Notes: generated by a model from the letters alone, not told the origin. Shown: positions 52,430 to 59,404, numbered from the stretch's first letter. The stretch: 64,000 nt of DNA from a virus (IMGVR_UViG_3300031857_000082:23215-87214), one strand, 5' to 3'. Program-made: numbers and translations.

Positions 52430-53710
52430 TTAGCCTATTACAACTACGTTGAAGGTGTTTACTCCAGGTGGTGTTGCAAAGCCAATTACTACGTTATTAG
52501 CATCTATTCTATCAATATCAGTTTCTACTGTTTGATAAGCATATGCAGATAACTCAGTTCCATAAACTTGGACCTGTACATTTCTAGTTCCTAGATTATG
52601 TGTAACTGTGTAAGATGTACTTGCACTGTTGCCAATGATTTGTGAGAATTTACGAGTAAAGGAATCTGCTACTAAAGCGGATTCTAATGCTCCTTTATCT
52701 ACAGCAAGTCCGTTTGCGTTTGTTAAGTACGGTGTAGATGCAGAAAGAACTGTATCAAGAGTTAAACTATTTGATCCGTCATTGTAATTAACAGATAAAG
52801 AGTTACTTCCTCCTACTAGTCCTCCAACCACATCTTGAACTGCTTCCGTAAAGTCAGTTACATCAGTTGATACGTGAGTATGTCCTTCTACGGATACTCT
52901 GTATACTGCAGAACCGCCTTGGGTTAAAGACCATTGATCTTGTGTTTCATCCCAGTACAGTTTTGCATTAGTTGATGTACCACGTTCTACTTCAATACCA
53001 GCATCTAAACTAGGAGATGTTGTAACGTTGCTATTTAAAACAACGAGATTATCTTCTACATTTAGTGTTTGAGTATTTAAAGTAGTTGTATCTCCATTTA
53101 CAGTTAAATCACCACTAATTGTTAAATTACCGCCAACTGTTACGTTGTCTGGTAATCCAATTGTGATAGATCCATTTGCAGCAGAAACTTCAATTTCATC
53201 TTGAGTTCCAGCAATGTTTGTTACTACTGTTGTAGATGCAGATCCAATGGAAGTTACACGACCATATGAATCAACGTTTACAACTGGTGTAGTAATTGTG
53301 TTTGTTCCTGAATCGAAAGATCCTGTTCCTGAACCTGTTGGATTTACTTGTGCAAGATCTACAGTTACTCCTCCAGCAGAAGCACTTAATGTAGTTCTTC
53401 CAGCGGTACCAGCAATACTTGTTACACCAGTGTTTGTTATGGTAAGGGTATTACTTGGATCATTGTAAGTAAGTGAAATGCCAGTTCCTGATTGCAATAA
53501 GTTTGCAACAGTATCACCAATATATTCAACACTGCCTACAGCGACCCATGCAGACGCAGAACCACTATAAACTTTTAGTACATCATCTGCAGTGTTGTAG
53601 TAGATTTGACCTGCTACTCCACTTGCTGGATCGGTAGTTGCATTTTGTACAACTGCTCTAAGTAATTGATTTTGTACTAAATCTAAATTAGTTAAAAATT
53701 GTCTAGCCAT
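52430..53710 (-). CDS. Fibre protein
   Basis: 426 aa; VEDN..AGIEVERG domain, C-terminal THNLG domain. Confidence 0.65.
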   Translation of the reverse strand: MARQFLTNLDLVQNQLLRAVVQNATTDPASGVAGQIYYNTADDVLKVYSGSASAWVAVGSVEYIGDTVANLLQSGTGISLTYNDPSNTLTITNTGVTSIAGTAGRTTLSASAGGVTVDLAQVNPTGSGTGSFDSGTNTITTPVVNVDSYGRVTSIGSASTTVVTNIAGTQDEIEVSAANGSITIGLPDNVTVGGNLTISGDLTVNGDTTTLNTQTLNVEDNLVVLNSNVTTSPSLDAGIEVERGTSTNAKLYWDETQDQWSLTQGGSAVYRVSVEGHTHVSTDVTDFTEAVQDVVGGLVGGSNSLSVNYNDGSNSLTLDTVLSASTPYLTNANGLAVDKGALESALVADSFTRKFSQIIGNSASTSYTVTHNLGTRNVQVQVYGTELSAYAYQTVETDIDRIDANNVVIGFATPPGVNTFNVVVIG

Positions 53711-53725
53711 TTATTTCGCCTCCTT

Positions 53726-54166
53726 TTATGATAAAAATGCCCTTCCAGAAAACGGACTGGAAAAGGTTAAAACAACAGTTGTTGCATTTGGATAATCGTA
53801 TGACCCCTCAATGACTGTTCCAAATGTATCAACTACTGTTATATTAGGCATAAATTCAAGATTATGATTGATAGTCCATGTTGCACTTGAAACTGTTTGA
53901 GTGTGAACATATCCTAATTCAGCCTGTCTTAAAGATATTCCTAATCCCCATGCACCATTTGTTTTTGGTCCATAAAGTTCTGTTGCTACGGTATCTAGGT
54001 AAAAATCTCCTTCAATACCAAGAGATGAATTTGGTTCACCCAAGCCATTAAGAAGTTGAGTTCCTCTTGGCCCTTGTGGTCCTCTTTCACCTAAAACTAA
54101 TGTTGTTATTTGATCTTCTACTAATACCTGAACTGTTGTCTCTGTTACATTTACAATTTCTGGCAT
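53726..54166 (-). CDS. Short collagen-like fibre connector
   Basis: GERGPQGPRG, GDFYLD, C-terminal NHNL domain. Confidence 0.65.
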   Translation of the reverse strand: MPEIVNVTETTVQVLVEDQITTLVLGERGPQGPRGTQLLNGLGEPNSSLGIEGDFYLDTVATELYGPKTNGAWGLGISLRQAELGYVHTQTVSSATWTINHNLEFMPNITVVDTFGTVIEGSYDYPNATTVVLTFSSPFSGRAFLS

Positions 54167-54173
54167 TAACTAA

Positions 54174-54248
54174 TCACCTATTTCCTGCTGTTTTAACTTC
54201 TACTATGATATTTACGATAGTCTCTGTTACTTCTACAATTTTTGTCAT
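54174..54248 (-). CDS. 24-aa peptide resembling the N-terminus of the next gene
   Basis: MTKIVEVTETIVNIIVEVKTAGNR; TAATG overlap with the upstream stop. Confidence 0.45.
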   Translation of the reverse strand: MTKIVEVTETIVNIIVEVKTAGNR

Positions 54249-54595
54249 TAACGTGTCACCTCGGGGGTAACGTTAAAACGTCCTTCTATTAATCTATCTA
54301 TAATGTTACTTGGAGATATTAATTCTAAATCATAGACATGATCTCCATCAATAAATAATGCTGTTGCTGATGCTGCGATAAATATATCAATTGTTCCTGC
54401 AGATCCACCCATGGTTAGTCCATTGCCATCAGATGTTAAGTATGCAATGTAATCTGCTGCATCGTGTGTTTCACGAACTTGAAGTCTAGATGAGTATCCA
54501 CTTAAGTTGACTGGTGTCTCATCGTTCTTGTATGTGATAGTAGATTGAAAAGTACTACCTTGTGGACAAGTAAAATTATAACGCCCTGGGGTCAT
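54248..54595 (-). CDS. BppU-like fibre anchor protein
   Basis: YNFTCPQGSTF...VYDLEL...LIEGRFNVTPEVT. Confidence 0.65.
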   Translation of the reverse strand: MTPGRYNFTCPQGSTFQSTITYKNDETPVNLSGYSSRLQVRETHDAADYIAYLTSDGNGLTMGGSAGTIDIFIAASATALFIDGDHVYDLELISPSNIIDRLIEGRFNVTPEVTR

Positions 54596-54642
54596 GAGGG
54601 TACTCCTAAAGAGGCGGAAGCCTCATTTTCATTATACCAAAT

Positions 54643-54954
54643 CTATTTGTCTACTATTGAGATTACTATATCTTTAACTACTTGCAATTCCCCTGAAATT
54701 TGGGAGAGTTCATTCTTCATTTTGTTTTGGTCTCTACGGATGTAGTCAATTTTGTCTGACATGGAAGATCCGCCATTTGGTGTTAATTGTCTTTCAATTT
54801 TTTCTAGTCTTTCTAAAACTGTATTTCCTTTTTTATCTTTTCCAAGAAGACCTTCGAATCTGCGAGCCATCACATATCCAACACCTAGGGCTGCTGCGAT
54901 AATTGTTAACATTTGCCAGGTATCTGAAATCATGGCTAAGATATTTTGATCCAT
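54643..54954 (-). CDS. Membrane protein with coiled coil (lysis-associated?)
   Basis: One TM segment, PNGGSSM.D motif seen in actinophage membrane proteins. Confidence 0.55.
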   Translation of the reverse strand: MDQNILAMISDTWQMLTIIAAALGVGYVMARRFEGLLGKDKKGNTVLERLEKIERQLTPNGGSSMSDKIDYIRRDQNKMKNELSQISGELQVVKDIVISIVDK

Positions 54955-54980
54955 AATATTTAATAATTATAACATTGTTA

Positions 54981-55009
54981 TTGACTTACACTTATATACC
55001 CCATATAAT
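54981..55009 (+). promoter_or_regulatory. Sigma70-type promoter
   Basis: TTGACT-N17-TATAAT. Confidence 0.65.
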
Positions 55010-55033
55010 TAATATATAAGGAAGTGGTGAAAA

Positions 55034-55270
55034 ATGGCAAAGTCCAAAGTAAAAGATAAAGAAGAGATTAAGTACGAGTTAACCGCCTTAGATCGTTGCG
55101 ATCGTTGTGGCTCTCAGGCGTGGGTCAAAGTCGGCGGGGTAAATGGAGAATTACTATTCTGTTCTCATCACTACAATAAAGTCGAAAAAAGTATTAAAGA
55201 ATGGGCATTCAATATCCTAGATGAAAGAGAACGTTTAATCGAAAATCGATTGACAGGCTCGGACAAATAG
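55034..55270 (+). CDS. Small actinobacterial-type Zn-binding protein
   Basis: LTALDRCDRCG.QA.V...GELLFC.HH. Confidence 0.7.
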   Translation: MAKSKVKDKEEIKYELTALDRCDRCGSQAWVKVGGVNGELLFCSHHYNKVEKSIKEWAFNILDERERLIENRLTGSDK

Positions 55271-55278
55271 GATATAAT
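55250..55278 (+). promoter_or_regulatory. Consensus sigma70 promoter
   Basis: TTGACA-N17-TATAAT, exact match. Confidence 0.8.
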
Positions 55279-55284
55279 AGATAT

Positions 55285-55368
55285 ATCTTCGGGACATATA
55301 CAGATCCCGACTAAACCGTGAGTCAGTCCTACACCACCACACCACCAGGGCTGGCTCACACTTCTTTT
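55285..55368 (+). ncRNA. Candidate small RNA
   Basis: Perfect promoter, two hairpins, U tract, no ORF on this strand. Confidence 0.5.
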
Positions 55369-55511
55369 ATAAGGCATTTAAATCGAAAAATTTGGCACTT
55401 AAATTAAGTCGGCGATATATGAACACCATCTCCACCTTCTTCCCTTATTTATGCCTTACGGCATGTTTAAAGGGTATGGAGGTTATTTCTCCCATTGACA
55501 TATTATGATAT

Positions 55512-55540
55512 TTGACATGTGTTTTAAATGTGTGTATAAT
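55512..55540 (+). promoter_or_regulatory. Consensus sigma70 promoter followed by G7-AAA-G7
   Basis: TTGACA-N17-TATAAT, exact match. Confidence 0.8.
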
Positions 55541-55737
55541 TGGGGGGGAAAGGGGGGGCAATAAACTATCAAAAGAAAAAAAACAAAAGATAGTAAATAT
55601 AATCCCCGTATCCCCAATAATAGATATCCAGATATAATCCCTAATCTTTATTTATCCAGATAGCCAGAATAAGGCTGAATATTGACATAGAACAAATATA
55701 ATAAAATAGGAAGATGTCTTCTGGAGAACGAATTTTT

Positions 55738-55854
55738 CTATTCCCCCGAAAATTCTCTACGATGCCTATCGCAAACAAATTCTTCTTTATTATCTATAGT
55801 TACATCATAATAGGCTATATCTTCACAATTATCCATAGAGCATGGTTTATGCAT
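55738..55854 (-). CDS. 38-aa Cys/His microprotein
   Basis: MHKPCSMDNC...VCDRH; TAATG coupling to the upstream gene. Confidence 0.45.
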   Translation of the reverse strand: MHKPCSMDNCEDIAYYDVTIDNKEEFVCDRHRREFSGE

Positions 55855-56003
55855 TATTTCCTTACCCCCGATTTTTTTGATCTATTAAGACACAATTTAC
55901 ATTGAGATCTATATCCATCACTAGATTTATCATATTTATCAAAATCTGAAAAATTTTTCATTTCCAAACACCATATGCATTTCTTAGTATTGGATTTGAT
56001 CAT
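55854..56003 (-). CDS. Zn-finger microprotein resembling the N-terminus of HNH/EndoVII homing nucleases
   Basis: KKCIWC..K...F...DGYRSQCKLC with no nuclease domain. Confidence 0.5.
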   Translation of the reverse strand: MIKSNTKKCIWCLEMKNFSDFDKYDKSSDGYRSQCKLCLNRSKKSGVRK

Positions 56004-56274
56004 ATATCTATTATAGCCAAGATATCTATATACCCCGAAAAATGAGATACCCCCCACGTACCGAAGTAGAGGTGGAGGGCCTGGTTCTCAGGGAACATAT
56101 CCCTTACTAGATCCGTATAAAATATTATAAACCCGTTTTTATAAAAATCTGAATTTTTGTCTGATTTGTACGATACGTGATTTAAAAAGATTTTTCAAGA
56201 TAATTAGTGAGCCCATATGGGATAAGATTTAATTATCCTACCCCGATAAGATTTTGAACATCTAACTTTATAAG

Positions 56275-56559
56275 TTAAACAAGTCCTTCATTCTTAAGGC
56301 ATGGGAATATAACCTCAACATCTGGCGTGTGTTCATCTGTAATCCATCCACCATTGTTATAGATTGCAGTGATTGCTCGGTCTACATCTTCGCCCTCGCC
56401 ATATAGGAATTGTGTTGCTAATATATCTGCTGTGTATTTATCTACACAACCTTTTCTATCATACTTATTCCATACCCCGACTAGTAGTAGTGTCATTAGT
56501 ATTGTGTAAAGGACAATAACTAGATTCTTTCCTCTGCGTGTTAGTCTGTTCCAGTTCAT
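56275..56559 (-). CDS. Membrane-anchored hypothetical protein
   Basis: MNWNRLTRRGK plus a TM segment. Confidence 0.6.
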   Translation of the reverse strand: MNWNRLTRRGKNLVIVLYTILMTLLLVGVWNKYDRKGCVDKYTADILATQFLYGEGEDVDRAITAIYNNGGWITDEHTPDVEVIFPCLKNEGLV

Positions 56560-56711
56560 TAGTTCACACTCGCAACATAGGCACAGAATATCCATGTGCT
56601 AACTAGTAGTATTGCTAGCCATGTCTCATCATTGGCATATTTAACATCTAGCCAACGCATTTCGATAAAGTGTTTAATCTCTTGACCTGCTAGCCATAGT
56701 TTGTAGTTCAT
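56559..56711 (-). CDS. 50-aa membrane microprotein
   Basis: MNYKLWL...WLAILLVSTWIF; abuts both neighbours. Confidence 0.5.
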   Translation of the reverse strand: MNYKLWLAGQEIKHFIEMRWLDVKYANDETWLAILLVSTWIFCAYVASVN

Positions 56712-56870
56712 TTATTTATTCCAATCATTTAATTTAATTATCTTTTCTAATTGCTCATTGGTAACTATTGCTTTTAGTGTGCCTAGTAGTGCATAGTCTG
56801 CTAACACACTATCACCATATTGGGCATTTAATTCGCTGTGAATTAAATCTATCATTGTATCCTTAGTCAT
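56712..56870 (-). CDS. 52-aa hypothetical protein
   Basis: MTKDTMIDL...; AGGT RBS; abuts both neighbours. Confidence 0.5.
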   Translation of the reverse strand: MTKDTMIDLIHSELNAQYGDSVLADYALLGTLKAIVTNEQLEKIIKLNDWNK

Positions 56871-56951
56871 TTATTTACCTGCTTCCATTTCGTATTGTAG
56901 ATTTTCTAATAGTATAGCCTCTTGCTCTGACAACCAATTCTCGTAGGTCAT
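56871..56951 (-). CDS. 26-aa acidic peptide
   Basis: MTYENWLSEQEAILLENLQYEMEAGK; fills the gap between neighbours exactly. Confidence 0.4.
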   Translation of the reverse strand: MTYENWLSEQEAILLENLQYEMEAGK

Positions 56952-57080
56952 TTAGTAACCTGCCTTATCCATAGCACAATCGTTGCATAGTGCGAACAAT
57001 TCTAAACTAGGTGTGCTTAGTTCGATTTCTTCTAAGCATTTGTAGCACATGGCTATTGTTAGTGTTGATTTCTTTTTCAT
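56952..57080 (-). CDS. 42-aa Zn-ribbon microprotein
   Basis: CYKC...CNDC; GAAAGG RBS. Confidence 0.55.
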   Translation of the reverse strand: MKKKSTLTIAMCYKCLEEIELSTPSLELFALCNDCAMDKAGY

Positions 57081-57106
57081 TTATTTACCTTTCTAGTAAT
57101 AACTTA

Positions 57107-57128
57107 AACCTATCATATACCCCCGACA
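57107..57128 (-). promoter_or_regulatory. PafBC/RecA-NDp-type promoter
   Basis: TGTCGG-N10-TAGGTT. Confidence 0.7.
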
Positions 57129-57150
57129 GATTTGGGAGGGGGTCTTGCAT

Positions 57151-57214
57151 GTCTCTGGCTTATTTGCTAGGGCTCATCCCTTTCGGGCTTATTTGCCTAG
57201 GCTCATCCAGAGAC
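57151..57214 (-). ncRNA. Symmetric structured RNA element
   Basis: 8-bp stem, two identical internal loops, GAAA-capped hairpin. Confidence 0.55.
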
Positions 57215-57226
57215 TAAACCTGTGGG

Positions 57227-57328
57227 CTATTCGCCTCGCCAGATTTTGTAGAACTGGTCGTAATCAGGTTCTACACCCTCTGGGAGTTCTTGCTCCCAAG
57301 CCTCTAGGGCTTCAACGTATCCTCTCAT
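57227..57328 (-). CDS. 33-aa acidic microprotein
   Basis: MRGYVEALEAWEQELPEGVEPDYDQFYKIWRGE; AAGGAGG RBS and its own promoter. Confidence 0.6.
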   Translation of the reverse strand: MRGYVEALEAWEQELPEGVEPDYDQFYKIWRGE

Positions 57329-57361
57329 TTGGATACCTCCTTAATTTCTATCTATACTTTA

Positions 57362-57383
57362 ATCATAAATGGGGGGTCTGACA
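57362..57383 (-). promoter_or_regulatory. PafBC/RecA-NDp-type promoter
   Basis: TGTCAG-N10-TATGAT. Confidence 0.7.
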
Positions 57384-57397
57384 ATTTTGGCCTATTT

Positions 57398-57427
57398 AGA
57401 TGAACGCCAGGTTAACAATAGATGAAC
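57398..57427 (-). promoter_or_regulatory. PHO-box-like triple 11-bp direct repeat
   Basis: GTTCATCT-att-GTTAACCT-ggc-GTTCATCT. Confidence 0.5.
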
Positions 57428-57473
57428 AAATTTAGGGTTATCAACAGGCAACACGCCGTATATGTTAATAAAG

Positions 57474-57503
57474 TTATACACAATGTTAGTAACCTGTGGA
57501 TAA
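57474..57503. promoter_or_regulatory. Inverted pair of DnaA boxes
   Basis: TTATACACA (+) and TTATCCACA (-). Confidence 0.6.
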
Positions 57504-57573
57504 AGCGGGCGTCAGGATCGGGCGTGTCGCACCTTTACGTTAAGACACGCCCTTGCCGAATGCAGGCTATTGG

Positions 57574-57636
57574 TTAGTTATAACTTCTAGCACAAGAACG
57601 GCACATGTAATTAGAGGTGCAAGAACATTGAATCAT
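57574..57636 (-). CDS. 20-aa Cys4 micropeptide
   Basis: MIQCSCTSNYMCRSCARSYN; GAAAGGA RBS and its own promoter. Confidence 0.5.
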   Translation of the reverse strand: MIQCSCTSNYMCRSCARSYN

Positions 57637-57657
57637 TTATTTCCTTTCGTTAATTAA

Positions 57658-57679
57658 AACCTATCACTACCCCCTGACA
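57658..57679 (-). promoter_or_regulatory. PafBC/RecA-NDp-type promoter
   Basis: TGTCAG-N10-TAGGTT, also TTGACT at -35. Confidence 0.7.
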
Positions 57680-57759
57680 AAGTCAAATCGACACGCCGCT
57701 GACGCCCCGATCGGGCGTGTCGCACCTTTACGTTAAGATGCGAGGGTTCCCGATGCAGA

Positions 57760-57954
57760 CTACCTTAGTCTAACAAATGTAGGCCAGGTAATTCCACAAG
57801 CCTCTTGAAATTTAATGTCATTAAAGTTTTTATTTTCTGCAAAAAACAAATCACCAAATTCCAAAACAATTTCTTCAAAAGTAGTTTGAGGAATTTCATC
57901 CTTAAATTCTTTTAATAGGGAAGCAACCTTTTCAAAGTGTTGTCTAGTCATCAT
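57760..57954 (-). CDS. Hypothetical protein
   Basis: MMTRQHFEKVA...F...F.EACG; AAAGGA RBS. Confidence 0.65.
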   Translation of the reverse strand: MMTRQHFEKVASLLKEFKDEIPQTTFEEIVLEFGDLFFAENKNFNDIKFQEACGITWPTFVRLR

Positions 57955-57983
57955 TTTTATTTCCTTTGTTTGTAGTTAGTTTT

Positions 57984-58005
57984 AATTTATCACATACCCC
58001 CGACA
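57984..58005 (-). promoter_or_regulatory. PafBC/RecA-NDp-type promoter
   Basis: TGTCGG-N10-TAAATT. Confidence 0.7.
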
Positions 58006-58109
58006 ATTTGCAAACCGACACGCCGATCCTGACGCCCCGAAACGGACATTTAGGTCATTTAAGATGTTAAGAAAAAATATGCCGACATGCCGACCCCCTT
58101 GCTATACAT

Positions 58110-58131
58110 TGTCAGACCCCTATGCTAGGAT
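58110..58131 (+). promoter_or_regulatory. PafBC/RecA-NDp-type promoter
   Basis: TGTCAG-N10-TAGGAT. Confidence 0.7.
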
Positions 58132-58161
58132 TTTAATATGATAAAAGATAAGGATACAAAA

Positions 58162-58278
58162 ATGAAATATACAGCAAAATGTTGGTATTGTGAAATTGAT
58201 ATTGAAATGCCTACCCCCGACTTTCTAAGTGATGAGGTAGTTTGCTACGATTGTGGCATGAGTAAGGTAATGGCATAA
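58162..58278 (+). CDS. 38-aa Zn-ribbon microprotein
   Basis: CWYC...CYDC; AAGGA RBS. Confidence 0.55.
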   Translation: MKYTAKCWYCEIDIEMPTPDFLSDEVVCYDCGMSKVMA

Positions 58279-58424
58279 TGTTAAATGATGAGTGGAAAGG
58301 CATAACCTGTTTATTCTGTGACGAATATGAGATTGTGCATATAAGTAGCAAGGATTGGTTTTTATGTCTGCCATGTGGGCTAGACTATGAGTTATCAAAA
58401 GAAAAGGAAAAAATAAATGAATAA
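58278..58424 (+). CDS. 48-aa Zn-ribbon microprotein
   Basis: CLFC...CLPC; TAATG coupling. Confidence 0.55.
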   Translation: MLNDEWKGITCLFCDEYEIVHISSKDWFLCLPCGLDYELSKEKEKINE

Positions 58425-58578
58425 TATAATCAACTTACAGAGTTGCGTGGTATGCACTAAAATTGGAATTCATTGGCTATGTCATAAATGTGAGTCAAGA
58501 ATTCATCACCCTAGTGTCTATGTAAAAGTTGAACGCTATCGTGATAGAATAAATCAAAAACTAAGTGAGGTTAAATAA
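58417..58578 (+). CDS. 53-aa Zn-ribbon microprotein
   Basis: CVVC...CHKC; AAGGA RBS. Confidence 0.55.
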   Translation: MNNIINLQSCVVCTKIGIHWLCHKCESRIHHPSVYVKVERYRDRINQKLSEVK

Positions 58579-58826
58579 TGAGTAATTCAACACAACTATG
58601 GTATGCAGGAACTATCACAAAATTTGGTGATATACAAAAAATCTATGATGATGAAACACTATGGACTCTTGAAAGTAAAGACGGCTCATATGCTAGTGTT
58701 ATTCTAAATAAAGAAATGATTGCTAGTTGGCGTTGTGAGGGTGCATGGAACTTAGCAAGACAAAAGGCTGAGTCTCTAATTCTTGAAAGAGAACAACTAG
58801 AACAAGAGGGATGGGTTACTAACTAA
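58578..58826 (+). CDS. Hypothetical protein
   Basis: 82 aa, translationally coupled. Confidence 0.6.
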   Translation: MSNSTQLWYAGTITKFGDIQKIYDDETLWTLESKDGSYASVILNKEMIASWRCEGAWNLARQKAESLILEREQLEQEGWVTN

Positions 58827-59014
58827 TGAATACATATTCAGAAGATAACGATTGCCCTAAGTGTGACCATAGTGGTGAAATTATCTTTCATCAATATGTA
58901 AATAGTTTCTCTTGCCAATGGTGTGGTTTTTGGTGGGACTTTGGTGTTGATATTGACAAATTAACAAATCTATTGAATAATCATAATATCAAAAGAACAG
59001 AGGTAATTCAATGA
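58826..59014 (+). CDS. Zn-ribbon protein
   Basis: CPKC...CQWC. Confidence 0.6.
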   Translation: MNTYSEDNDCPKCDHSGEIIFHQYVNSFSCQWCGFWWDFGVDIDKLTNLLNNHNIKRTEVIQ

Positions 59015-59109
59015 TAGCAACATGTCAAGAGTGTAATAAAAAGTTTGACATATTTGATGAACTAGAGGCTAGCGAATTGCTAGACGGACACGATTGTATC
59101 TCATACTAA
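59011..59109 (+). CDS. 32-aa Cys/His microprotein
   Basis: MIATCQEC...GHDC; GAGG RBS. Confidence 0.55.
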   Translation: MIATCQECNKKFDIFDELEASELLDGHDCISY

Positions 59110-59216
59110 TGACTACTTGCATAATTTGTAATGATGATATAAACTATGACGAAGACGGAGGACACATATATCCAGACGGATGTGTAGTGTGTCCAGATTG
59201 CGAGGGTAAGGAATAA
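59109..59216 (+). CDS. 35-aa Zn-ribbon microprotein
   Basis: CIIC...CPDC; TAATG coupling at both ends. Confidence 0.55.
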   Translation: MTTCIICNDDINYDEDGGHIYPDGCVVCPDCEGKE

Positions 59217-59404
59217 TGCAAGCACAATGGATAGATTTGCTTAAACAAATACAAGGCAAACTAAAAACATCAGGCTACCAATTACAAGAGGTTGCAACTT
59301 ATAGTGAAACTAACTATAATGAAGAAATAATGAGATTGTCAGAGCATTGTGACAAAATGGTTAGAAACATAGACCTACTACTATCGGGAGTTAAAAGTGC
59401 CTAA
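59216..59404 (+). CDS. Hypothetical protein
   Basis: 62 aa, coupled. Confidence 0.55.
   Translation: MQAQWIDLLKQIQGKLKTSGYQLQEVATYSETNYNEEIMRLSEHCDKMVRNIDLLLSGVKSA

Larger units (their letters stand above)
57516..57738 (+). repeat. 30-bp exact direct repeat (57516-57545, 57709-57738)
   Basis: GATCGGGCGTGTCGCACCTTTACGTTAAGA occurs twice. Confidence 0.9.

Noticed and set aside
1320-54949. Many plus-strand ORFs in the track that overlap minus-strand structural genes, including Pro/His-rich ones
   Set aside because: They are antisense shadows of Gly- and Ala-rich codon runs, lack RBSs, and lie inside longer genes
57011-57381. Tracked plus-strand ORFs 57011-57217 and 57145-57381
   Set aside because: They are antisense to well-supported minus-strand microgenes and an RNA element
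57500-58100. Repeats that could suggest a CRISPR array
   Set aside because: Only two exact copies, 193 nt apart, with a promoter and gene between them; no regular spacers and no cas genes
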